Positions 17,787 to 25,516 of a stretch of DNA of 42,345 nucleotides are shown in pieces (positions within the stretch are counted from its first letter, which is position 1; every line of letters starts with the position of its first letter). The notes beneath the pieces are model-generated. The model saw only the letters and a program-made list of their open reading frames with translations. It was not told the DNA's origin and searched no databases. Source of the DNA: a virus (lineage: Duplodnaviria; Caudoviricetes); IMG/VR virus record IMGVR_UViG_3300014613_000011, positions 1 to 42,345 of that record. One strand, written 5' to 3'. Position numbers and translations under genes: made by a program.

Positions 17787-20411
17787 CTATATCACAATCT
17801 TTGACAGTGATCCCCACTTCACCCCGGCTTTAAAGTCTACATTTAATGGGACTTTAAAACCGGGAGGGGTTGCTTCCTCCATTATTCTTTTCACCTCTGG
17901 TAGAATCACACTCAGCAACTCAGTACGTGCCAACCACACTATATCATCATGAATTTGGATGAGGGGGGATATCTCATCTTCCCATTTCTTAACCACTGGA
18001 ACCAGCCTCCCCATTGCCTCCTTGATCACGCCCTGAGCACCCATCTGGATGGGGGCATTGCCAGCTTGGCGCTCAGCCTCAATGCGTACCCACTTATTCT
18101 GGGATCTGATCCCTGGGATAAACCGGATGCGCCCCCAACAATCTCGGACGTACCCATAGCGACGTGCATATTCCCCATTAGCCTTCATATACTTGGCGAT
18201 CCCGCTGTAGATGCGAAACCACTCATGAATCATATCCTCACAATCGTGGACTGTCCATCCAGCAGCCCCTCCCACCTCCAGTTCTCTCTGGAGTCCCTGA
18301 GCTGTGATTAGGTTGAGGATACCAAAGCCCACACGCTTAGCTGGGTAACGATGCCTCATCTCATCCAATTGGGGGACAGGCACCTTAAACATCTCACTGG
18401 CCGTGACTGAATGAATGTCTATTCCACGGGTAAAGATGTCTAGCATCCGCTCATCCTTGGCCCCGTCTGCCGCCACCCGCATCTCCACTTGGGAATAGTC
18501 ACCGCTGACCAGAGACCAGCCCCCCGGAGCTACATAGCAGTCCCGGATCTTGCGGCCTTCACTGGACCGGATAGGCTGGGCCATAAGGTTTGGATTAGAA
18601 CTGCTCAGCCTCCCCGTGGCTACACGGGTCATGCGTAGCGTCGTTCGAATCCGTCCGTCTGGGCTTGTCTTTTTGGGGATCGTGTCAGCGTAGGAGCTTT
18701 TCAGCTTCTGGTATCCGCGCCAGTCAATTATGTCTTGGATGACAGGATGAAGGGGAAGGTAACGCTTTAGGATATCGTCCGCCGTGGACTTGGTGGACGC
18801 CCCCTTCTTAGATTTGAACTTCCCTCCAGCCTCGTGGAGCTTAAGCTTGTCATAGATGAGGGTGGACATCTGCTGGCTGGAGCCTGGGTTGAGTTTGAGT
18901 CCGGGAAGGTGCTTACCCACTGACACTTGAATCTTGGTTTGGATCTTGTCCATCTGATCCTGGAAATAAGTGCTCAGCTCAGCAAATGCGTCTAAGTCGA
19001 CTGGCATCCCATTGGCCATCATATCCACCACCATGGGCATGGCCCTCATGTCGCGCCAGAAGGTGTCCTCCAACCCTAACGCCTGAATCCGGGACATTAA
19101 TATAGGCCAAATTCGGATAGTAGCATCCGCATCTCTTGCTGAGTAATAAATTGCGTCATCAAACGGTATGTCGGACAGATATCCTTCCTCCATTTCCCCG
19201 ATGACTGCTTCCACTTGTTCTGTATCCCCCATCTTCTTCCATCGGTCGTATGGGTCCACATCTTTACCTGCAGATATGTCGGACAGAACCTTACGGACTT
19301 TGCGTTTAATATTTTGCGGCTGGCGGACATGTGGTTCTCCTTTCTTCCATTCCAGGACGGGATCGGGATCCGGCCACTCCATGGCCATCACCGTCTCCAA
19401 ATAGTCAATCGCTTTGGCCCGTGTGGCCTCCCCCACCATGGAGGAGTAAGTCCCCATTTCCATTCCACAGTGGCGAAAAGCGAGAGGTTTGAGACCCTGG
19501 GGTTCGGACTGGAGCAGGTATGCCATGACCATAGTGTCAGCGGGTCGAGCGGGGGTCGCCCCCATCTGAGCCAGTACGGGCAGGTCGTAGAGGGCGTTGT
19601 GGATGCCCGTGATAGTGTCTGGATAGTTGACCGCTTCGTTCAGACGGGCCAGTGCCTGTGTTTGGTCGGCCATGACCACCCATGCCTCTCCTGGCACTAC
19701 GGAGAAGCTAAGACACCAGGGGGCACCTTTGATGCCATAAGACTCAGTGTCGATGGTGATCAGATCTCGTCCGATCACATAATCCCAGTCGAAATTATTC
19801 CCCACCACAGAATATGACTCCTCCCCCTCCCACTCATCCACTGGGGGGTATGGGGCCACTTTTCCGCGTATCACTTCACCCGCTACTTTCATGTCCGCTT
19901 GGAACAGTATCATTTGCTCCGGGGAATGGAGGCCAGCAGCGGGATGATAGGTGGGAATGAGGATTACTGGATGGCCAAATAGGTCTGCTGGTCTGGGAAT
20001 GCCATGGACCATCTCCATGTTGACATTGCCCAGGAGCAATTGGGTACTGACACGCCCCATCGTTATGACGTACTGGGGTTGGATGCGTTCGATGGTGGGG
20101 AGGAGGTGGGTGACCGTACAGTTGGCGATTTCATCGATATGGGGGTCACGGTTCCCCTCAGGGTGACAGCGGATCACACTGTCCAGCCACACTCCCTTGG
20201 TGGTGATCCCGTTGATGTCGAGGTGGTGTCGGGCCTCTTGTCCGCTGGTCCCCACCATAGGACGTCCGGCCTTGTCCTCGTCAAAGCCGGGAGCGTCTGT
20301 GATCACCATGACTGTTGGATGCTGGTGGGGATTGGCAGAGTAGAGTTCACCGGAACAAATGCGTATTCTGGACTTGATCAGATCTGGACATAGTGCGCAT
20401 CGTTTGCTCAT
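17787..20411 (-). CDS. Family A DNA polymerase with an N-terminal UDG-family-4-like domain and a 3'-5' exonuclease
   Basis: Polymerase motifs TGRLSSSNPNL, DYSQVEMR, RYPAKRVGFGI, ERQAGNAPIQ and QIHDDI. Exonuclease DTE / HNALYD / YSARDA. UDG-like CALC, DAPG..ED..GRP.VG, RCHP..NRDP and TYHPAA. Probable start MSKRC at 20411. Confidence 0.93.
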   Translation of the reverse strand: MSKRCALCPDLIKSRIRICSGELYSANPHQHPTVMVITDAPGFDEDKAGRPMVGTSGQEARHHLDINGITTKGVWLDSVIRCHPEGNRDPHIDEIANCTVTHLLPTIERIQPQYVITMGRVSTQLLLGNVNMEMVHGIPRPADLFGHPVILIPTYHPAAGLHSPEQMILFQADMKVAGEVIRGKVAPYPPVDEWEGEESYSVVGNNFDWDYVIGRDLITIDTESYGIKGAPWCLSFSVVPGEAWVVMADQTQALARLNEAVNYPDTITGIHNALYDLPVLAQMGATPARPADTMVMAYLLQSEPQGLKPLAFRHCGMEMGTYSSMVGEATRAKAIDYLETVMAMEWPDPDPVLEWKKGEPHVRQPQNIKRKVRKVLSDISAGKDVDPYDRWKKMGDTEQVEAVIGEMEEGYLSDIPFDDAIYYSARDADATIRIWPILMSRIQALGLEDTFWRDMRAMPMVVDMMANGMPVDLDAFAELSTYFQDQMDKIQTKIQVSVGKHLPGLKLNPGSSQQMSTLIYDKLKLHEAGGKFKSKKGASTKSTADDILKRYLPLHPVIQDIIDWRGYQKLKSSYADTIPKKTSPDGRIRTTLRMTRVATGRLSSSNPNLMAQPIRSSEGRKIRDCYVAPGGWSLVSGDYSQVEMRVAADGAKDERMLDIFTRGIDIHSVTASEMFKVPVPQLDEMRHRYPAKRVGFGILNLITAQGLQRELEVGGAAGWTVHDCEDMIHEWFRIYSGIAKYMKANGEYARRYGYVRDCWGRIRFIPGIRSQNKWVRIEAERQAGNAPIQMGAQGVIKEAMGRLVPVVKKWEDEISPLIQIHDDIVWLARTELLSVILPEVKRIMEEATPPGFKVPLNVDFKAGVKWGSLSKIVI

Positions 20412-20880
20412 TATAGGTCCCTTTAAACTTGGCGTGATATCGGATAAGACCTGACAATGTAAACGCCTCCGCATCTACATAGTCACACCCGCTTGGATTG
20501 GACATGTACTCCCATCCCTCCCCACTCATCCAGGCTAACACGCCCCACATCACGCTGGGGATGAGATTGAGGGAGTGTTTGTCTGCCCAACAAAGCATGG
20601 ACGGTGAGCGACACATCTGGGTGGAGAGGTGGCGAGAATGGAATATGATCTGGCGTCGGGCCTCTCCCCTAACCCAATTGGGGGGATGGAGTGGATGCTT
20701 AGAACCGTCCGGACCGTCCATCGTCTCACACCCGTAGTAGCCCCAATCGTGGACGATGATGGCAAGGAGTTGAGCCGGGGTGGGCGCACCATAGAGACGA
20801 TACCACGCAATAAGGACAAATAGGGGGTGGAGGATGAATTGATGACATCCCCACAGGAGTGAACGTGTTCCGAGTCTCAT
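20347..20880 (-). CDS. HD-superfamily metal-dependent phosphohydrolase-like protein
   Basis: H..(LHP)..VHDWGY..H..FHSRH..WADK pattern. ATG at 20880 overlaps the upstream stop. Confidence 0.6.
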   Translation of the reverse strand: MRLGTRSLLWGCHQFILHPLFVLIAWYRLYGAPTPAQLLAIIVHDWGYYGCETMDGPDGSKHPLHPPNWVRGEARRQIIFHSRHLSTQMCRSPSMLCWADKHSLNLIPSVMWGVLAWMSGEGWEYMSNPSGCDYVDAEAFTLSGLIRYHAKFKGTYNEQTMRTMSRSDQVQNTHLFR

Positions 20881-21128
20881 GATGTGCGTATCCAATCCTG
20901 GACTATAGCAGACATTCTGTGGATCAAACCAAGACATGCAATAGTGGATTTTCCGAACCAGTAGTGGTGAAGTTTACCAACATACCCCTCCATTTCCTCC
21001 CCTGGTTTGTACTTTGTACTATATATAATAATCATATTTTCAAGTCTACCCTCTTTTTCGCACTTCAATAAATGATCTATTTCTTCTTTCAGGGCAGATC
21101 TATTATTAAACTCAATAATATTACCCAT
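20877..21128 (-). CDS. Hypothetical protein (AT-rich)
   Basis: Tightly packed ORF in the - strand operon. Confidence 0.6.
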   Translation of the reverse strand: MGNIIEFNNRSALKEEIDHLLKCEKEGRLENMIIIYSTKYKPGEEMEGYVGKLHHYWFGKSTIACLGLIHRMSAIVQDWIRTS

Positions 21129-21303
21129 TGGAGTCCTCCAGGATCAGGACCACTTCCCACTCGTCCGGGGTGACCATCATAGTGGTTTCTGTCTCTCCTC
21201 CACATTTGGGGCAGGTACGCTCCCCCCTCTTTATGAACCCGTGGAGGTTGAGCTGTTTACAGCAGGGGAGACACACGTATACTATGGGCGGGTTGAAGGT
21301 CAT
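21121..21303 (-). CDS. Small zinc-finger-like protein
   Basis: CLPCC...CPKCG. Overlapping start/stop codons. Confidence 0.55.
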   Translation of the reverse strand: MTFNPPIVYVCLPCCKQLNLHGFIKRGERTCPKCGGETETTMMVTPDEWEVVLILEDSNG

Positions 21304-21605
21304 CCTCCCACCATCCGTTCATCTCTGAAGGTATTGATGATATCCCGGATCCGGGAGGTGTAGGCCAGCACTTCCTCCCCCATCACATAGCGGTCATGGG
21401 CTTCGTCCAGTTTGGAAATGAACACCTGGAGTTCCCCGTTGACCGGGGGGTGCATGGTATTCTCCTCCGCAGCCCACTTCTGGAGAAACTTAGCCCCCAG
21501 GTCCCCACGGGCCTTAAGTTCCACTGTGATCACCGATCCCCCAGACGACACCTGGAGCCACACCTTGCCGTCTAACCCTGTGGCCACTTTTGCGTTTCTC
21601 AGCAT
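21300..21605 (-). CDS. Hypothetical protein
   Basis: GGAGG RBS and operon packing. Confidence 0.6.
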   Translation of the reverse strand: MLRNAKVATGLDGKVWLQVSSGGSVITVELKARGDLGAKFLQKWAAEENTMHPPVNGELQVFISKLDEAHDRYVMGEEVLAYTSRIRDIINTFRDERMVGG

Positions 21606-21606
21606 A

Positions 21607-22323
21607 TCATCCTCCCTGTATTTGCCTAACTATTGATTCTGCAAGCTTGGGACCTATCCCCTCCACCTCCGTAAATTCGGACTCCACACCCTGTATTAAT
21701 TCATCCACTGAGTCGAACCGCTCCCCGATCTTACGTGCCTTGTCCCACCCGATTCCCTCAAGCTGTGCAGCCATGCGAGTCACCAGATTGGGTTTGGTGA
21801 GCTGAGCGAATTGCGGGGGTTTCTGCCACTGGGTGTGGGACTTGTGCTTGGCCCATCCCTTGTTCCACCAGCCAGAACAGCTTTCAAGCCACTTGGCTGA
21901 CTCCCAAATATTCCCCGTGGTCACCACTATGATGCCGGTCATGACAGTCAGGGTGTTGAAGAAGTTGTAGATGTCACGGGCCATGAATCGGCGGGAGCCA
22001 AGGTGGGCTGCTTCCCATTTTCCCTTCCCGTTGGCCCTCATCAGCACTCCGGTGTGGCGGTCCGGCCTCCACAGACCCTCGACCAGGAGATAGGTCCAAT
22101 CGTACGTGTCCAGCATCCCAATGATCTGATGTCCTGAGAGTCGTCCGCTGGTCATCGATTGGAGCAGGTCCATAAGGCGTTTGCGCTCGACTCCGATGGT
22201 GACTTCACCCTCAGGACCCTTACCAGACCATGCAAAGTCGCCGTAGTCCAGGTGGCACACGATGGAGGAGGACAGGAGGGGGGCCAGTTCGACTGACCCC
22301 TGACGCTCGTCAACGAGGATCAT
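21607..22323 (-). CDS. ERCC4/XPF-family nuclease with C-terminal HhH
   Basis: ILVDERQ, GDF, VERKR..DLLQS...GRL, YLLVEG, and GIGWDKA / VEGIGPKLA HhH repeats. Confidence 0.88.
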   Translation of the reverse strand: MILVDERQGSVELAPLLSSSIVCHLDYGDFAWSGKGPEGEVTIGVERKRLMDLLQSMTSGRLSGHQIIGMLDTYDWTYLLVEGLWRPDRHTGVLMRANGKGKWEAAHLGSRRFMARDIYNFFNTLTVMTGIIVVTTGNIWESAKWLESCSGWWNKGWAKHKSHTQWQKPPQFAQLTKPNLVTRMAAQLEGIGWDKARKIGERFDSVDELIQGVESEFTEVEGIGPKLAESIVRQIQGG

Positions 22324-22471
22324 CGGACCTCCGATCCTCTACCATGGATAATAGGGCCTTGCAGTCCGAGTAAGTCTCCACGCTTCTGGCCCGTCCGGAT
22401 TCCACTTTGTCCACGAATTTCTTGCACAGATCCTCAGCCGCATCTATGATTTGTGTGTCAGTTGGAATCAT
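22310..22471 (-). CDS. Small hypothetical protein (53 aa, MIPTDTQIIDAAEDLCKKFVDKVESGRARSVETY...)
   Basis: Manual translation. AGGAG RBS and ATGA coupling with the upstream gene. Confidence 0.55.
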   Translation of the reverse strand: MIPTDTQIIDAAEDLCKKFVDKVESGRARSVETYSDCKALLSMVEDRRSDDPR

Positions 22472-22677
22472 ACCACTCCTTTCTCTTCAGCTATCCATTC
22501 CGTCATAAGCACGTCCCCGTTCTCCCCCTTGTCCGGCCAGTCTTCAAGCTGGGATTTGGGGAACCATACCGGATCACCCAGCCCCACATCGATCAGGACG
22601 GCCATGTTGGTTTCGTGCTCCGTGGTTCCGTTAACCTCAACATATCCCTTGGGTGCCATCATCCCTCCTATTTTCAT
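22468..22677 (-). CDS. Hypothetical phage protein (VWFPKSQ type)
   Basis: ET..AVLI...VWFPKSQ...EWIAEEKG pattern common in phage ORFs. The start may be the internal MM after GGAGG. Confidence 0.65.
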   Translation of the reverse strand: MKIGGMMAPKGYVEVNGTTEHETNMAVLIDVGLGDPVWFPKSQLEDWPDKGENGDVLMTEWIAEEKGVV

Positions 22678-22909
22678 AATATATAAAATCTTCTTCGGTC
22701 CAGGTGTCGGGAAACTCCCCTAAATCCTCATCTGTATATACTTCACAACTTATCGGAACTCGGTACAAATTCGATTCGGTCTTTAAAACCTCAAGAAGTA
22801 CTTCTTCTGGAAAAAGCCAACCCTCTTCTATTAAGGCGGATTCCAGTAAATCGATGGGAACACCGGTCCGACAAAAAAGAGTCCTGGAACTGATTGGCAT
22901 TGGCTCCAA
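22637..22909 (-). CDS. Hypothetical acidic protein
   Basis: ORF fills a gap in the operon. Start uncertain. Confidence 0.4.
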   Translation of the reverse strand: MEPMPISSRTLFCRTGVPIDLLESALIEEGWLFPEEVLLEVLKTESNLYRVPISCEVYTDEDLGEFPDTWTEEDFIYYENRRDDGTQGIC

Positions 22910-22979
22910 CTCACCCCGCCAACACCGCCAGGGAAGGCAACATATTCCCCTTTTCCTTATCCTACCCCGCAGGTTAATA

Positions 22980-23708
22980 TCAGTCCTCCCACGCTTCAGA
23001 GTCGGAGTCGGGCAGCACCATCTGGGCCACCATGGGGAAATTGCACATCATCCCTTCAAAGTCCATACCCGCGATGTCGGGGTTCTGCCGACAATCCCGT
23101 ACCGAGCAGACAAAATCCCCGCCGTCTTCCACACCATAACGCCACATCTGGGCGTTGACCTGGACCAGGAATCCGGTGTCGCTGAATCCGGCCCTCTCAT
23201 AGTTTCCGGTCCGCTTGTCCGCAATGTACTCCGCCTTCATCTTGTGCAGGAGCACCACATTCTTGTCATGACGGTAGAAGGACTTGATAAAATCCCTGTA
23301 CTCCTTGTTAACCGGCCCATACTGATATGGCATGACCTGGGTGAGCTTACCAAATCGGGCCAAACGCAGCAACTCCCACAGTTCGGTGGCCGTGTCATAG
23401 ATGATGGTGCGAAAGTCATTGCCGGACAGGGCATAGTTGGAGGCGTCGAGGAAACGTTTCCACTCCTTATCCGCCTGAGCCTCCCGATCGATCTCCATGA
23501 TTTCGATCTTCTTGTCCGCCATGAACTTCTCCACCACCCCCTCATCCCCGATGTCCGTGCTAAAGTACGCGATGGGTCCCGGAGCGGAAAACCCGAAGTG
23601 CGTCTTTCCCTGCTTCTCCAGCCCAGACACTGAAATAATGATCCGGGGGAATCCCGCTGGTCGGTCCTTAGCCGGTACAAATCCCATCTTCTTTGACTGT
23701 GTGCTCAA
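22980..23708 (-). CDS. P-loop ATPase, AAA_24/Sak4-like recombination protein
   Basis: Walker A GLEKQGKT and Walker B IIYDTATE. TTG start at 23708 after GGAGG, coupled to the upstream stop. Confidence 0.75.
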   Translation of the reverse strand: MSTQSKKMGFVPAKDRPAGFPRIIISVSGLEKQGKTHFGFSAPGPIAYFSTDIGDEGVVEKFMADKKIEIMEIDREAQADKEWKRFLDASNYALSGNDFRTIIYDTATELWELLRLARFGKLTQVMPYQYGPVNKEYRDFIKSFYRHDKNVVLLHKMKAEYIADKRTGNYERAGFSDTGFLVQVNAQMWRYGVEDGGDFVCSVRDCRQNPDIAGMDFEGMMCNFPMVAQMVLPDSDSEAWED

Positions 23709-24268
23709 CTGTCCACCTCCATTTTTTTGGCGTGAGTGACTATCATGTCCCAATTCTGCTCAAGCTCCAGGTCTGTAAACGTGATTCGGACCACGCGGTA
23801 TATGGGTCCCGACCCCTTGTAGTCTCCCATCAGGTAAAACACCCGCATCACGGCCACGTTGGTCCCCACGGCTCGACAGTAACTCTTGACCTGGGTCATG
23901 TAGGGGAAGTTGTCGGTGAGGGGCCACTTAGTGCTTTTCCACGTCGCCTTGTACTCCTCCAGGACGATGGGGACCTCACCCAGGGGGTCCTCTCCAAGAC
24001 CATCCGGGGACATCCAGATCCCGTCCTCGATGATCTGACCAGGACGGACCGCATACTTGTCCCGCATGATCTTGGACAATACCCCCTCCCACAACAGACC
24101 GATCTCAGCGGTCAGTTGCATGTCGTTAAATCCATCACCCTTGTACCCGATCCCCAGGGACTCCTGGATGGACCGGATCACATCGCCCAGATGGAGTCCG
24201 GGTTGGCGCTCCTCGTCATCATCAAACAAGGTTTTGGGCCACTTGACATCTTCCTGTGAGTATTCCAT
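23705..24268 (-). CDS. PD-(D/E)XK exonuclease-like protein
   Basis: MSPDG...EEYKATW...YMTQVKSYC motifs. ATG at 24268 after GGAG. The longer track ORF runs into the ncRNA. Confidence 0.75.
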   Translation of the reverse strand: MEYSQEDVKWPKTLFDDDEERQPGLHLGDVIRSIQESLGIGYKGDGFNDMQLTAEIGLLWEGVLSKIMRDKYAVRPGQIIEDGIWMSPDGLGEDPLGEVPIVLEEYKATWKSTKWPLTDNFPYMTQVKSYCRAVGTNVAVMRVFYLMGDYKGSGPIYRVVRITFTDLELEQNWDMIVTHAKKMEVDS

Positions 24269-24286
24269 GGGACAATCTCCATAAAT

Positions 24287-24506
24287 TGGTTGGGAGGGCA
24301 GGATTCGAACCTGCATGGTGTGGGTCGGTTTCCCTTGCAACCACTGGACACGCTGCCGTTAACGGGCGTCCATCCAGGCGGGTTACTCACCACCGCCTTT
24401 TCAGGCGGTCTAATGCAGAGTTTGTGATGGGTGGTAAGTCCATCTCAGTCAACCGACCCCGTGGTCAGCCTATCTGCAAAGCGTCTACCAATTTCGCCAC
24501 CTCCCC
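24287..24506 (-). ncRNA. tRNA-like RNA (Leu-type D arm, T arm, encoded CCA) with a ~165-nt structured insert in place of the anticodon arm
   Basis: 5' GGGGAGG-TG-GCGAAATTGGTAGACGC ... GCAGG-TTCGAAT-CCTGC-CCTCCCA-A-CCA 3'. Intergenic. Confidence 0.8.
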
Positions 24507-24512
24507 ATAAAA

Positions 24513-24584
24513 GGTGGGGACAAGGGCGGATTTTATAAGCCCGACGTTACTTGATGGCTTACCATTAAAACCCCTGTCCCCACC
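24513..24584 (-). other. Long rod-like hairpin immediately 5' of the tRNA-like RNA
   Basis: GGTGGGGACAGGGG/CCCTTGTCCCCACC (14 bp), TTTTA/TAAAA and TAAGCC/GGCTTA pairings, followed by TTTT. Confidence 0.7.
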
Positions 24585-24617
24585 AGACACCCGATCAGTC
24601 TCCGCAGACTTGGGTCA

Positions 24618-25415
24618 TCAGCCCATGATCAGGTTGCCGTCATCCATTTCCCACGGACCGCTGCTCAGGAACTCGTCCGCTGCGGCTCTCTGGACCATGG
24701 CGTTCCGGTCCGGATCGGTCTTCGCCGCCTTGAACACGGCGATGGGAAGCTTTTTGATCTCGATGACCGGTTCCTCAGCCAGCATCCCCATGATCAGCTC
24801 CTGGAGCTTTCCGTCGATGTCGTCATTCCCCCCGGACGCTTCGGCCTTGGCCTTGGGTGCGGCCTTCTTACCCGCTCCCGCCTTGGCGGTCTTGGGGGCA
24901 CCTGCCGGTTTGGACTTCTCCCAGGGCAGGGTGTTGATCTCGGACACGACCAGAATGGTATCCGGCCCGAACTTCTCCTCGCGCTCCTTCTGCTTGTCCG
25001 ACTTTTTCACGCCGGGGCGGGAGGGGGCGGGGATCCGGATCACGTGCGCCTGGAGTCCGTCCAGGATGGAGATGTCGTTGCCCAATTTGTCGGCGGGGAA
25101 TCCGCTGTCGATCAGGGCCTTGAGGAAGATGCCCCCGTTGCTGCTCATGCGGATGCCGGTGGCCGAACCCACGGCGATGAGCATCTTGCCGTCTTCGCTG
25201 GGTGCCCAGTCCTTGCTGGCCCCCATGGAGTAGTACTGGATCATCTCCTCACCCTCGACATCCAGGGTGACTTTGAGACTGGGGACACCGGGGGTCACGG
25301 TCCCGTTGTAGTCGAACATGTCAAACAGGGTTTCCTTGAAGGTGACGTCCACGTCATCGATCAGCCCCCCGCCTTCAACGAAACTTTCCGGATTCAAACT
25401 TACGCCTTTACTCAT
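24618..25415 (-). CDS. Hypothetical replication/recombination protein, possibly ssDNA-binding
   Basis: Strong CAGGAGG RBS. Beta-rich N-terminal domain plus K/A/P linker. Lies between the helicase and the exonuclease/ATPase. Function is inferred from position only. Confidence 0.5.
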   Translation of the reverse strand: MSKGVSLNPESFVEGGGLIDDVDVTFKETLFDMFDYNGTVTPGVPSLKVTLDVEGEEMIQYYSMGASKDWAPSEDGKMLIAVGSATGIRMSSNGGIFLKALIDSGFPADKLGNDISILDGLQAHVIRIPAPSRPGVKKSDKQKEREEKFGPDTILVVSEINTLPWEKSKPAGAPKTAKAGAGKKAAPKAKAEASGGNDDIDGKLQELIMGMLAEEPVIEIKKLPIAVFKAAKTDPDRNAMVQRAAADEFLSSGPWEMDDGNLIMG

Positions 25416-25516
25416 GGTGATTCCTCCTGTGTTGGTTGGTTTGGAGCTTATGCCCCCTTACGATCTGATCCCGGCATATGCCAAGACTAAAAAAATGGCC
25501 ACTATGACCCAAAACA

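Noticed and set aside
24287-24506. Standard tRNA, tmRNA, or tRNA with a group I intron
   Set aside because: There is no canonical anticodon loop. It has G3-C70 and a real D stem, unlike tmRNA. I could not find group I core (P7/S-type) sequences, and the insert is short. An Infernal search is still needed to exclude these formally.
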